Assembly: GCA_000004695.1 (NCBI GenBank)
Contig: CM000152.2
Location: 3,712,001-3,776,000 of the forward strand
Direction: 5' to 3'
Origin: Dictyostelium discoideum
Lineage: Eukaryota
DNA: 64,000 nucleotides
Positions 1-18,981 of this stretch are shown here, one piece after another (within the stretch, counting starts at the first letter, position 1; every line of letters starts with the position of its first letter). Below the pieces are notes generated by a model, which saw nothing but the letters and a program-made list of their open reading frames with translations, did not search any database and was not told the origin of the DNA. The position numbers were made by a program, and so were the translations under genes.

Positions 1-91
1 AACACATATTTGATATTTATTTAGTGGGCGATATATATATAATTGTTTGGGTCCACATTTTGTGGAATACAGGTTTAATAAATGAGGTCAC

Positions 92-122
<31 letters not shown>

Positions 123-555
123 TTTTTAATTAACAAACAAATTAGGGAAAAAAAAAAAAAAAAATATTGAGATAATCAAAATTTTAATCGTGATTGTCTA
201 TAAAAAAAAATAATAAAAAAAAACACATACATAGTGAGTGTATATCAAACTGATTATAAAACAACGATAATAATAATTATAAGATATATTTATAATATAA
301 ATATATAATATATAAGGTAATGTTTATTATTATTATTATTTTTTTTTTTTTTTTTTTTGAAAAGTAAAAAAAAGAATATATAAAAGTGAAAAAAAAAAAA
401 AATGAAAAATAATATTTTTTAATATTAAAAAAAAAAAAATGTTTTAAATGAAAATATGTTCATAAAGGGTGGTGTCTGTGTGTGGGGTTTGAAAGTGTGT
501 TTACTAAATAACAAATTAAAAAAATTATAACATTTTTTTTTTAGTTATCTCTTTT

Positions 556-680
<125 letters not shown>

Positions 681-2493
681 TTATAAAAGGAATATGAAAT
701 TGATCATTTTTTTTTTTTAAAAAAAATTTTTAATTACTTTTTTTTTTTTTTTATTATTATTTTCTTTTTTTTTTTTTAAAAATAAATTATTATTATTATT
801 ATTACTATTATTATAAAAAAAAAAAATAAAAAAATGTTTATTGTTGTGTGAACTGATGATGGAATTTACCTTTATTTCTTTTTTCGACCTGAAATAAATT
901 ATAATTTTCAACTTTTTGAAAAAAAAAAATAAATTTTAATTTTTCGGTTTGCATTTTTTTTTTTTTTTTTTTAATTTTATTTTTTTTTATTTTATTTTTT
1001 TTTTTTAATTTTATTTTTTTTGATTTTTTTTTTATAAAATTTGATAAAAAAAATTGACATTTCAACAGATTTCCTCAAACGAATCAAATCGACATAAAAT
1101 AATTAGTCCAATTTTGATTTTTATTTTTTATTAATAATTTTATATAATCATTGCCAATTGGATATATGTAATGTAATTTAAAATATTTTAATTTAAAAAA
1201 CTAATTTTAAAATTTAGGATAAAAAAAAGAGTGGTTAAAAAAAAAAAAAAAAAAAACTTTTCTAAGCAATTAATAAATGGAAAAAAATGAAAAATTGACA
1301 TAATCTCAAGGCATCTGGCTACTACCAAATATTAAATTAAAATCTATTATTTTTTTAAAATAATTTCTTAAACATTCCATAACACTGTACCAAAAAAAAA
1401 AATAAAGAAAAAAAATAAAAGGAGACCTCATTCATTAAAATGGAATTAATTATTTTATGTCAAATTTGATATTTTTATAAATTGTTAAAATGTATTAAAC
1501 ACCACAGTGTAATTCCTCTGTCATGATAACGCTTTTGGTAATATGACAATCAAGGTTTCTCATTGGGTCTATATTACATTAAAAGGTATTGAAAATGGTG
1601 TAATTAGATCATTCTCCCATTGTTGTAATGAAATTTAAGGAATTCGTCAAATACAATCAATTTCATTAAATTGCATATTCAAATGATTAAATTAATTTAA
1701 AATTAAAGTAATTGAATAAAATAGGGTTCTAAAAAAAGTAATAATAAAAAAAAAAAAGTAAGAAAAAAAAGTAATAATAAAAAAGTAATAAAAAAAAAAA
1801 AGTAATAAAAAAAAAAAAGTTATAAAAAAAAAAAAGTAATAAAAAAAAAATTATTAAAAAAAAAAAAAAAAAGTAAAAATCTCTTCAAACTTTGAGACCA
1901 AAAATCTCTTTTGTGCATTATGTTTAGCAAAAGATGGATTGAGCATCAAAATTTCTGTCATTGGATGTAACCGACCCAATTATTAATATTATTTTTATTA
2001 ATTTTTTATAAATAGAATTCTGAAAATCCTTTTTAAGAATCCATATAAAAAAAAAAAATTTTTAATAATAAAAAAACACTTTTGTTTAATATATTAAACC
2101 AAATTCAAATAATAATAAAAAAAGTTTTGTTTTCTTTTTCTTTTTTTAAACGATTTTGTTTTTACCCTTTTAAATTTTATTTTTATTTTTTTTTAGTTTA
2201 AAAATATTAAAAAAAAAAAAAAAAAACAGTGCCTCAAAATCTGAAAAAAAAAAAAAAAAAAAAAAAATCTTAAAATGGACTGTTGATATTTCTTTTTGTC
2301 AAAATAAGGTTTGGAAAATTAAATTACGAAATTGTATATCAATAAAAAATTGATTCCGGAAAAAAAAAAAAAAAAAAAAAAAAAAAAACACAAAATGGTG
2401 CATTTTGGTATTTTTATCTGATTGTATTATTCTACCAATAAAAATAATTGTTTGTTTTAAATTGATTCATTTATGACTTTAAGACTTCTTTTT

Positions 2494-2524
<31 letters not shown>

Positions 2525-3565
2525 ATTTTTTTTTTTTATTTTTTAATATCAAAATTTTTTTTTTTTTCTCCTATCACTTTCAGACTTTCCAAAGTGATTT
2601 ATTGTTTTTTTTCTCTCACAAATAAATTTTTTTTTTCAGTTTGGCATTTTTTTTTATTTTTTTAATTTAATTTTTTTTTTTTTTTTTTTTAATTTAATTA
2701 ATTTTTTTAAAATTTATTTATCACAAAAAAAACACACAACACTAAACAAATAATCATTCATATAAAAACAAAAATAAAAATAAAAATAAAAAATTAAAAA
2801 TAAATACCCCGTTTATAAATTGGTTATTTTATTTTATTTTATTTTTTTTTATTCTTAACAAAGGTAAAAAAATCCAAAAAAAAAAAAAAAAAAAAAAAAA
2901 AATTAAAAAAAATTAAAAAAAATTAAAATTTTTTTTTTTTTTTTATTTTTTAAAAAAAAAATATATTTTATTAATTTTTGTTAAAGTTTTCCAAGATACC
3001 TATCACCCACACACTTACAACTACTACTACTACTACTACTACAACAATATTACTATTACTATTACTTTTTCCACATAATCAAAAATAAAAATAAAAATAA
3101 AAATAAAAAAATAAAAAAAATAAAAATAAAACAAACGCAAACATAAACCACAAATCAAATTTTTTAAAAAATAAATTATTAATAAATAATAAAATTTTAA
3201 AAATAAAAAAAAAAAAGATTAAAATAGTAATAATAGTATAGGGTTATATATATTATTATTATTATTTTTTACATATAACAATAATCATAAAATCACTAAA
3301 AGCATTCATAATAATTATACAAGACTCATTTTTAAAATAATATTTATTTATTTATACTAATATCAATAAAAAACAATAATAATATTAGTAGTACAGTAAT
3401 ATCAAGTAATAAACATAACAAAAAAAAAGAAAAAGAAAAGATTTTCTTTTTTAAAAAAAAAAAACCAAATTTAAAAGTTAATATTTAAAAGAAAAAATTA
3501 AAAAAAAGAGAGAAAGAGAGGAATAAACAAGGAAAATAAAAAAAAAAAAAAGCATATAGTTGTAA

Positions 3566-6000
3566 ATGGATAATGCAACTGTAGAACGAAAAACTATTAA
3601 AGCAACTAGGATAACCTTTTCACCAGGTGCAAAGGTCGGAGGTGGGGTTTATTCAATAGGGGCAAGATGGGGTCATGCTAGTATATCACAAGGTAAAAGA
3701 ATTTTAGTATTTGGTGGTCAAGGTGAATCATTATATTCAAATACTTCTGTATATGATCCAGTTACAAGTGTTTGGTCAGAAGTTAATACAGTAGATAAAG
3801 GTCCATCTGGTAGATATGGTCATACAGCAACCCTCCTAGAGGACATAAATGATCCAAATAATCAAAGAGTTATGATTTTTGGTGGTAAAAGTGGTAAAAA
3901 ATATTTAAATGATTTATTTTCTTTAAATTTAAGTGAGTATTTCAAAAAAAAAAAAAAACAAACAGAAAGAAAAAAAAAAAAAAAAAAAAAAAAATTAAAT
4001 ATTAATACTCTTTTTTTTTTTATTTTTTAAAAATAAAAGGAACAATGTCATGGAGTACATTTCATTTTGAAAAATCAACATTACCAGATTCTAGAGCTGG
4101 TCATACAAGTACATATGTACCACCAATTAATATTAATGGTTCTCTTAGAATGGTTGTATTTGGAGGAAGTCATTCAGATAAATATTTAAATAGTTGTTTT
4201 ATATTGGATTTACCAAAATCACAAGCAGGTACAATTAAGTGGATAAAACCACAAATCAAAGGTAAAGCACCATCACAACGTTCAGGTCATACTGCAGACT
4301 ATTTGAAGGATAGAAATTCAATTTTAATATTTGGTGGATTTGATGGTAGAAAATCATTCAACGATTTACATTTACTCAATATGACCGATATGAGCTGGAC
4401 AGCCGTTAAAACCAATGGTACAACACCAACCACTAGAAATGGTCACACCTCTGTTTTAGTGGGCGGTAGATATTTGGTTTTCTATGGTGGTTGTAGTGAA
4501 AGTAATGTTTCAAATGATATACAGATTTTAGATACTGATAGTTTCACTTGGTTATCACAACCAATGATAACTGGTTTAATTTTATTTCCACGTTTTAATC
4601 ATTCATCAAATTTATTAGATTCAGGTGAAATGATTGTATTTGGAGGTTGTGCTTCTGGTGTATTATATAGCGACATGTGTTCTTTAGATTTAAAATTATT
4701 TTTACCAACACCACCACCACCAACACCAACTAGAAATTTATCAATACAACAATCATCATCACCAATTTCAACTCCAACCACTACTACCACCACCACCACC
4801 ACTACGACCACATCAACAGGAGGAAATTCCGCCACACCACAATATTCAATTGAACATTTATCACAACAATCACAAACTACAACACCAACACCTTTATCAC
4901 CAATGACTGCAAGTACTTGTGGTTCTTGTCAACATCATCAACATCATAATTATCCACATAATATTAATCCGGTATCAGCATCATTGCCAACTACACCATC
5001 ATCAATTCATGTTAATAATGCATCACTTGTAAATACAAATTTATTATCAATACAATTATCAAATGCTTTGTCATTATTAAACTCTGAACAAACTCAAAAA
5101 ACCAGTTTATCCGATGAATTGATGAAAACAAAAAATGAAAGAGCGGAAGCATTTAGAAATGCAATGGAAGAACAATCAAAGATTGAAACACTAGAGAAAG
5201 AGTTGAACAAAATCGAAAATGCCTACAAGAAAGAACTCACACAAAAGAACAAAGTACAAGATTCTCTTCAAAAGATTTCCTCTACACTCAAAGAAAAGGA
5301 AACAATCATTCAATCATATCAAGAGATTATGAGTCAATTAAAATATAATTTAAAGGATTCATCATTAATGGATAAAAAAGATTCTGCCATTGTTCAACTA
5401 CTTTATCAATTTTCGTCAATAACAAATAATTGTGTTGGTAGTAGTAGTGGTGGTAGTAGCAGTAGTAATAATAGCGGCGCTGGAGGTAGTATTAATCCAA
5501 CAGAGAATATATTGTTGGTAAAAGAAACCATTGTAAATAAGTCATTAGAGATTCAATTGGAGGAATTGAAAAAGGAAAATCAAAAATTAAAAGAAAATTC
5601 AACAAATAATCAAACAAAATTATTAGAGTACGATTTAATTAAGCAAACCATTACCAATAGGATACAGATAGAAGCTGTTTCAGTTGATAATCTTTTAGGA
5701 GATAAATTGGATTCACTCGAGATGAAAGACCTTGACAAGTTGGAAGAACTCTACCATAACGTTTTAAAGAAAGTTGGTTCCGCCAAACAAGATCTACTTC
5801 AAAAACAACTATTAAAAATGCAAAGAGAAAAAGAAGAAAGTGCTGCAAATGGCAATGGTAAAACTTGTGTTGTTTGTGTTGATCTTTTAATTAATACCGT
5901 ATTAGTACCTTGTAGACATAGTTGTATATGTAGTACTTGCTCAAAGAAATTATCACTTTGTCCACTTTGCAGAACCCCAATTAAAGATGTTATTGAATAT

Positions 6001-6006
<6 letters not shown>
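3566..6006 (+). CDS. Kelch-repeat protein with C-terminal coiled coil and C3HC4 RING finger, likely an E3 ubiquitin-ligase substrate adaptor. Two exons: 3566..3932 and 4040..6006, with the intron 3933..4039 (GTGAGT...AG).
   Basis: There are repeated Kelch signatures (VFGG, GxRxGH, S.W). The two ORFs join in frame through a GTGAGT donor at 3933 and an AG acceptor at 4038-4039, and the intron is A/T-only filler. The C-terminus 'CVVCVDLLINTVLVPCRHSCICSTCSKKLSLCPLCRTPI' is a RING motif. Between the Kelch and RING regions lie low-complexity Thr/Gln tracts and a heptad-rich segment. Confidence 0.75.
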
Positions 6007-6038
<32 letters not shown>

Positions 6039-6299
6039 AAAAACCAAAACAAAACAAAAAAAACCGATCAAATTACTAATTAAGTTAATTAATAATCATT
6101 TTGTAAATAATAAAATCTAAAAATAAATAAAAATTATTTTTTTAAAATTAAATTAAATTTTGTTTTTTTTTTTTATTTCTTTTGTTTTAAAATTATCTGG
6201 GATATTTTCAAATTCCAACTGGGAAAATAAAATTTTTATAAAAATAATTTTTTTTATCATTTTTTTTTTTATTTTTTTATTTTTTTTTTATAATATGAA

Positions 6300-7568
6300 A
6301 TGGAAGTTGATCAATTAATAAAATGGAGAAGAGAATTACATTCATTTCCTGAACTTGGATGGACAGAATTTGTTACAACATCAATATTAGTTAGAGAATT
6401 AAAATTAATGGGATATGAACCATTATTAGGTGAATCAATAATTAATACAAAATTTGTAAGAGGTAGAAAGAAAGATGATGTTGAAAAAGCAATTAAAATG
6501 GCAATTGATAAAGGAGTTGATAAAGAATTATTGGATAAAATGAATGGATTTACTGGATGTGTCGCAATTTATGATTCAGGAAAACCAGGTCCAACTGTTT
6601 CATTAAGATTTGATATTGATTGTGTTGGTGTTCAAGAGACTGATAATGAAAATCATTTACCATTAATCAATGGTTTCAAATCAAAAAATCAAAATCAAAT
6701 GCATGCATGTGGTCATGATGGTCATATGACAATTGGTTTAGGTATTGCAAAATGGTTAAAACAACAACAAGAGAATTCATTATGTGGTCGTGTTAAATTA
6801 TTATTTCAACCAGCAGAAGAAGGTGTAAGAGGTGCACAAGCAATGGCAGAAAGTGGAATTGTTGATGATTGTAGTTACTTTTTAGCCTCACATATTGGTT
6901 TTATAGCAAAGAGTGGTGAAGTTGTTGTGAACCCCTCTAATTTCCTTTGTACAACTAAATATGATTTTAGATTTAAAGGTTTATCAAGCCATCCTGGTAA
7001 AGATCCACATGTTGGTATAAATGCATTGGCTGGTTGTTGTACTGCCGCTACTCAATTATTAGCAATTCCAAGACATGGTAAAGGTATGTCACGTATTAAT
7101 GTTGGAGTAATTCGTGCGGGTGAAGCTAGAAATGTAATACCAGCCTATGGAGAATTACAAGTTGAAGTTAGAGGTGAAACTGAAGAAATCAATACTTTTA
7201 TGTGTCAACAAGCAGAGAGATTAGTAAAAGGTGTTGCATTAGGATATGGATTGGATTTAGAAATTGAAATTATGGGTGAAGCCGTAGATTTAACAAATGA
7301 TAAAGAAATGGTTCAATTACTATCAGATGTTTCAAAATCAAATAATCAAACCGTTATTGAACAACGTTCATTTGGTGGTAGTGAGGATGCAACTATTTTA
7401 GGTCGTAGAGTACAAAAAATTAATAATGGAAAAGCAATTTACTTTGTCTTGGGTTCTGATTTAAAAGGTACTCATCATCAATCTGATTTTGATTTTGATG
7501 AATCAATTTTACCAATTGGTGTTAAAATTTATACTGATTGTTTGTTAAAATTAATTTCTAAAAAATAA
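6300..7568 (+). CDS. Peptidase M20D-family amidohydrolase (aminoacylase / hippurate-hydrolase / ILR1-like)
   Basis: A single 422-aa ORF with a genuine ATG at 6300. It carries the metal-binding motif 'MHACGHDGHMTIGLG' and the overall N-terminal 'ELHSFPELGWTEF' architecture typical of M20D amidohydrolases. Confidence 0.75.
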   Translation: MEVDQLIKWRRELHSFPELGWTEFVTTSILVRELKLMGYEPLLGESIINTKFVRGRKKDDVEKAIKMAIDKGVDKELLDKMNGFTGCVAIYDSGKPGPTVSLRFDIDCVGVQETDNENHLPLINGFKSKNQNQMHACGHDGHMTIGLGIAKWLKQQQENSLCGRVKLLFQPAEEGVRGAQAMAESGIVDDCSYFLASHIGFIAKSGEVVVNPSNFLCTTKYDFRFKGLSSHPGKDPHVGINALAGCCTAATQLLAIPRHGKGMSRINVGVIRAGEARNVIPAYGELQVEVRGETEEINTFMCQQAERLVKGVALGYGLDLEIEIMGEAVDLTNDKEMVQLLSDVSKSNNQTVIEQRSFGGSEDATILGRRVQKINNGKAIYFVLGSDLKGTHHQSDFDFDESILPIGVKIYTDCLLKLISKK

Positions 7569-7732
7569 AAATAAAATAAATATTGGAATTCAATTAATGT
7601 GTCAATTTTTAAAATCTTAAAATGAAAAATTATAGTTTAAAATATTAGTCAATAAAATAAAAATAAAATAAAAATTAAAAAAATGTTGATAAATTTATTG
7701 TTTTGTAATATTAATGATAATTTATTAGTTTG

Positions 7733-8516
7733 TTATAATGGATCAACTATAACTTTCTTCTTTTTCTTTTTATCATTGTCTGGCTTTTTATAACAACTAC
7801 AACAAACATTGAGGAAATTTATAATATAAAATCCAATTAAAAAGAAAATATCCATTCCTGCTGCACCTCTTAATAATACGAATATTTCTCTATTTGTTTT
7901 ATACTAATAAAAATATAATTTTAATATTAATATAAATGAAATAATTAAAATTTGTTTTTATTTTTTTTTATTTTTTTTCAAAAAGTATACTTACACATTC
8001 AGTATATTCAGTACCTTTTCTTAAGAATTCACAAATGATGAAGATTACAACTGAAATACCAGTATATAAAAAGAAAGAACTTAAACCACAATCTGATACT
8101 ACTGTAACACAATGTCTTGGTTTCTTAATTAACATTGTTTTATGAAAGTATAAACTATATAATAAATTACCAATGAATAAAAATATATATATAATTAAAA
8201 ATGTACCAATGAATGAACAATTCGATTGCCATCTAACACCTGTTAATATAATTAATGATAATAACATTGGAACATTTACAAAGAATGAAAATAAATAAAT
8301 CCATGGAAATGGTCTAAATTTAAAATATAAATAAATTTTTTTTTTTTTTTTAATATTAGTAAATTTATTAAAATTATTTTTAATTTTATTATAAATATAT
8401 TACCTTTTACTTTTGAACCATCTTACAAATTTATTTCTTTTATATCCACTTTTAACTCTATCAATTCTCTCCTCCCATTTTTTTTCATCTACAAATTCTA
8501 ATTCATTGTTTACCAT
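7733..8516 (-). CDS. Predicted small multi-pass membrane protein of about 200 aa, function unknown. Three exons: 8516..8404, 8313..7995 and 7903..7733.
   Basis: I derived the exons by hand. Exon 1 is 'MVNNELEFVDEKKWEERIDRVKSGYKRNKFVRWFKSK' and ends at a GTAATA donor. Exon 2 enters after 'tttag' in phase 2 and gives PFPWIYLF...GTEYTEC before a GTAAGT donor. Exon 3 enters after 'ttag' and gives YKTNREIFVLLRGAAGMDIFFLIGFYIINFLNVCCSCYKKPDNDKKKKKKVIVDPL* to the stop. The introns are 85-90 nt and AT-rich, and the protein has 3-4 hydrophobic helices. I recognise no family. Confidence 0.45.
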
Positions 8517-8548
8517 TTTTAACTGTAACCTTTTGAATTGTTTTTTTT

Positions 8549-8584
<36 letters not shown>

Positions 8585-9617
8585 TACTTTTTTAAAAAAA
8601 GATTGATTTTTTTCTTTTTTGTTTTGTTTTCTTTTGATATAAAAAGTATTTTATTAAAAAATAAATAAATTGTAAAAATTAAATAAACAATTTTAAAATT
8701 TGATTATAATTGTCAAGATAAAATTTTAAAAAAATAAAAAACTAACAATAAATATTTAAATAAATAAATCCTATTAATAATATTTTATTATTAATATTAA
8801 TAAATAATAAAAATTAAAAGAAAGAATTCTTTTTATTTATTTTTAAATTTTTTTTTTTTTTTTTTTTAATATTTTTTAAAAATATGAATTAAATAAAGGT
8901 ACATATAATATGATTTATATTTTTTTTTTTTTTTTTTTTTTGTCTTTTTTTTTATTCTATATGTATATTATTAAAAATTGGTATTTATTATTATTATTAT
9001 TTTTATTTATTTTGTAATAATATATGTCTGCCCATTGAAAAATTTCTTATAAGTTTTATTAATCATAGTACAAGAACACACACACACACACTAAACCATT
9101 CGAATAAAATAATAATAACTATTGCATAAATTAATCTCTGATATTTCTCAGACCACACATACACACACTTTTAAAAAATATTTTTTAAAATAAATAATAA
9201 ATGAATACCACACAAACACAAGTATCATTAATTATTATTTTATTTTATTTTTGTTGTTTTAAATATATTTAAAACTAAATTTTAATGTGCATTTATTAAT
9301 GTGCCCATATGGTACACACACTACCCACACCTAAAAATAGTTTAGTTCTAAATTTGTATGAATTTCTATTTTAGTAGTTAAATGTGCTCTTTACTAGTTT
9401 TTTGTTTTTGGTTCTTTTTTTTTTTTTTTTTTTCTTTGATTAAAATAAACACAAATTATATCTTATATATGACCTTTTTTTTTAAAAATAAAAAATATCT
9501 TTTCATGATTTTTTTTTTTTTTTTTTTTTTTTCGATATTTTCTTTGTTTGAAAAAAAAAAATTCTATGTTATTTGTATGTGTGTGTGTGTTAATAGTTTT
9601 TTTTTTTTTTTTTTTTT

Positions 9618-10020
9618 TTAATATCTCCTGATTTTCATATCTAAATCTTTGGTAATAGGAGTGAATTGTGGATTGGCCAATTGACTAGATGGCTTTTTTA
9701 AATTCTTTTGTTTTGAATCATAATATTTTGATAGTAATGACCTATAATTAAACCACGAAACCAGTGATAATAATATCAATACAACCATAACTATAAATAA
9801 CCCAACTATAACTTGAATCTTTTTATTATATTATAAAAAAAAAGGTTAGTTTATGATTATAATAATTATTTGAATTGTAATGCGATAATATAAGAAAAGA
9901 AAAAAACAAAAAAAAAAGAATATATACTTGTAATTTTTGAGCGACAACACTCTTTAATTCCTCATTATTAAAATCAATGTATTCCATGTGTTCTAACTCC
10001 ACCTCTGTTATTACTTTCAT
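9618..10020 (-). CDS. Predicted small single-pass membrane protein of about 97 aa. Two exons: 10020..9928 and 9818..9618.
   Basis: Exon 1 '[31 protein letters not shown]' ends at a GTATAT donor (minus 9927). After a 109-nt AT-rich intron ending aaaaag, exon 2 reads in frame as '[66 protein letters not shown]'. The layout is a short charged N-terminus followed by a transmembrane helix. Confidence 0.35.
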
Positions 10021-10394
10021 TTTTTAAATGAATTTTTTTATAAAAAAAAGAAAATGATCAAAGAACAGTCCAATTTGGATATGTGGTTGCAATGTGAAAT
10101 GAAAAAATAATTTTGAAAAATAAAAAATAAAAAAAATAAAAAATAAGTGTGGTTAAAAATAAATTAGTGAAAAAAAATAAAATAAAATAAAAATAGATAA
10201 AAAATTTAAATGTATATATATCTCATTGTGAAAATAAGTGAATAGTTATAAGTTTTAACACACCCCCTTTTTTTTCAACATATAAAAAATTGAAATATAA
10301 CAATAAAAAAATAAAGAAATTAAATAAAAAAATAAAAGACATTTTTTATTATTTTGAGGAATAGTATACTTTTTTTAGTAATTTCTTTAAGAAT

Positions 10395-10946
<552 letters not shown>

Positions 10947-11773
10947 TTATCCATGGCGCTGTCCTCTCTCTCTCTCTGTCTCTCCTCTTATCCACTCGTC
11001 ATATATTAAACCTATATTGATGATTGATAATGATTGATGATGATTATAATTGATTGAATTGAAATTATTAAAGATTGAAATAATTCAATCATTTGAGTGA
11101 GTGAATATGTGATAGGTGATATGTGATATATACTTTCTAAGGAGGTTAACGGAAAAAAAAAAGATAAAAATTAAAAAAATTGAAAAAAACAAAATTAGTC
11201 TCTCGCAAAAAATTTTTTAAAAAATTGAAAATTTTTACGTGGTCTTTTTTTTTTTTTTATACAACGTTATAATGAAATAACATTGTTTTGGTATTAAAAT
11301 ATTTTAATTAAGCTAAAGTCTATTTTAGTTTGATTTTTTATTATTAATTTTTTTTTATTATTATTATTTTTTTTTTTTTTTTGTTTTGAAATTTTATTAA
11401 AATATTAAAAACTGTTTATAAAAAAATAAAGAAAAAAAAAAAAAAAAAAAAAAAATTAATATAATTCATATCAATATTATGTAAAGATAAAAAAAAAAAA
11501 AAAAAAAAAAAAAGATATTTAGCAATGTATTTTATTTTTTATTTTTAATTTTTTTTTTTTTTAAAAAATAGATACATTTATATTTAAAAGTAGATTTATA
11601 AAGTAAAAAAAATAAAAAAATAAAAAAATAAAAAAAAATGAAAAAGGAGTAGAAAATTTAGTCTGGATGATGAGAAACAAAAAAAAGTTTTAAACTTTTT
11701 TAGGTAAACCTTTTTATTTTTTTTTATTTTTTAAAACTCACAAAAAAAAAAAAAAAAATAAAAAAAAAAATAA

Positions 11774-11809
<36 letters not shown>

Positions 11810-11964
11810 AAGTGTTTTCAAATATTTCTTTTGAGCAAACACAAAATTAAAAATTTATATAATAACAAAGAATAAGAAAAATAATTTGTAAAAATATTAT
11901 AATTTTGAAATTAAAATTAAATAAAAACATACATAATATATTACACAATTTTTTTTTTTTTTTT

Positions 11965-12005
<41 letters not shown>

Positions 12006-12008
12006 AAA

Positions 12009-14993
<2,985 letters not shown>

Positions 14994-15137
14994 TTAAAAT
15001 ATTTTTTAAAAAAAAATTATAATAAATAAACAAATAAATAAATAAATAAATAAATGAAAAAATATGAATTGTACTTTTTTTTTTTTATATATAGTTTTGT
15101 TTAAAATTAATTATTTATTATTGTTTTTTTTTTTTTT

Positions 15138-16652
<1,515 letters not shown>

Positions 16653-17048
16653 TTTATGTGGGTATATATATATAGAGAGATAGGTTTCTTTGAAAAAATG
16701 CGGGTTTTTGTGAAACTGAAAATTATCAAAGTTAGTTTTTTTTTTTATTTTTAATTTATTTTTATTTTTTTTTTTATTTTTTTTATTTTTTTTAATTTTC
16801 AAAAAAAATTTTATTTTTATTTTTTTTTTTTATTTTTATTTTTTTTTGAAACTATTTTCCTTTTTATGGTCAAATTAAAAACACTTTGGGTAGAAATTTT
16901 AAAATATAAATGGTTTTTTATAATTTTCAATTTTTAATTTCTTTTTTTTTTTTTTCCCTATTATAGAATATTGATATATATAATAAAGTGATCAAATTAA
17001 TACTTTATAGTTTTATTAAATATCATTGCAACATTATATATACCTAAC

Positions 17049-17060
17049 AATCACGTGATT
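17049..17060. promoter_or_regulatory. Perfect 12-bp palindrome AATCACGTGATT (CACGTG E-box/G-box core) in the divergent rvb2 / bromodomain-gene intergenic region
   Basis: Direct reading. A GC-containing perfect palindrome is rare in this AT-rich spacer. It lies about 400 bp from the rvb2 ATG and about 590 bp from the bromodomain-gene ATG. Confidence 0.3.
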
Positions 17061-17170
17061 TGGTGTAATAGATTTTATATTAGATATTAAAAAAAAAAAA
17101 AAAAATATCTGATATAAAAAGGAAATAAATATTTTCTTCTTTAACAATTTTCTTTGGAATTAAATCTTTC

Positions 17171-17208
<38 letters not shown>

Positions 17209-17339
17209 AAATTTTAAACCAAATTTAAAAATTTAATCATATTTTGAAAAAAAATGAAAAAAAAAAAATTTCATTTGTTTTTAAAAATAAAGGATCAAAA
17301 ATCAAATTTTAAATTGATTATATTAAGAAATGCAACTGT

Positions 17340-17383
<44 letters not shown>

Positions 17384-17648
17384 AAATTTTTTTTTTTTTT
17401 TTTAATATTTTTTTATTATTTATTTCATTTCATTTCACCAAATTATTTTACATTTAGATATTGCCAAATAGGTATTTTCCGCCATTTTTTTTTTTTTTTT
17501 TAATTTTTTTTTTTGTTTTATTAAAAATTGTATATAATAGTGTATAATATATTATTATTATTTTTTTTTCAATTATTTTTTCCCTTTTTTTTTTTTTTTT
17601 TTCAAAAAAAAAAGTATTAATATATGGAATCTTTAAAATTATAAATAA

Positions 17649-18820
17649 ATGGATCACATTACAATGGAAGAGAAAATAAATAAAAAAACCAAACATATTT
17701 TTAGTAATAATTATGATAATATACTATCAGATAAACAAGTTCAATGTATATATAAAGAATTTTTTAATAATAACAAAGATAATAATAATAATAAACGATT
17801 CAATGAAAATGGAAATCAAATAAATCAAATTGATTTTAATAGTAATAAAGAAGAGGAAAAAGAAGAAAAAGAAGAAAAAGAAAAAGAAGAAGATGAAGAT
17901 AATATAACAATTTTAGATGATGTTTATTATAGTTTAGAATATGATTTTGAAGATTATATAAAGTATAGTAAAATTTTAACAGAAAAGATTGAAAAGGAAA
18001 GAATAACACAATTATTTGAACAAGAGAAACAAAATAGATTAATAAGATACCACCAAAGAATTCAACAACAAAAAGTTATAAAAGAACAATTGAATGTAAA
18101 TATGGAATTATTAGAGAAGCGAAAACTACTAGAAACTGAACTCTCATTGAAAAGCAATCAACTAAACCAATGCCAAACTCAATTACAACAATTTCAATCA
18201 ACAATGACACTTTTACAAAGTCAACATCAACAAACAATCAATAAATTAAAACAAACTCAATCCGAACAACTTCAAAAAAGAAGAAATCAACAACACCAAA
18301 ACCTTTTAAAAAAACAAAAAATTCAAAAAGAAAAAGAAGAAAGAGAACAAAAAGAAAAAGAACAAAAAGAAAAAGAACAAAAAGAAAAAGAAGAACAGCA
18401 ACAACAATTATTTTTATTACAGCAACAGCAACAGCAAGAAGAGGAATCAAAAACAACCAATAAAAAGAAAAGAAATTCAAGAACAACATCAATTAATAGA
18501 GTATTTAGATCACTATTAACTGATGTTAAAGTACCAGCAAAGAAATTTAATGGACTAAAATCAGAAGCACAAGAGGAGATGTATGATCAATTGGATACAG
18601 TATTAAATCAATTAAAAGATTACTCTGATCATTCTTTTCCCTTTTTAACAAAGGTTAGACCATCAGAAGCTCCAAACTATTATGAAATCATTAAAAAACC
18701 AATGGATCTTAGTTTAATGACAAAGAAATTAAAGAAATTAGAATATCAAAGTAAATTTGAATTTCAATTGGATTTAAATTTAATATTTACAAATTGCAGA
18801 ATTTATAATACTGATCCTGT

Positions 18821-18861
<41 letters not shown>

Positions 18862-18911
18862 ATAAATCAATAAATAAATATAAAAAGGGTTATTATAATA
18901 CTAACATACAT

Positions 18912-18981
<70 letters not shown>

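Noticed and set aside
717-1065. ORFs 717..911 - and 838..1065 - (K/N-rich)
   Set aside because: They are read-through of poly(A)/poly(T) and (ATT)n intergenic DNA, with no ATG-anchored, non-repetitive coding segment.
8413-8595. ORF 8413..8595 + (60 aa)
   Set aside because: It overlaps exon 1 and the 5' flank of the minus-strand membrane-protein gene, ends in a poly-Y/F repeat reading of (TTA)n, and is antisense.
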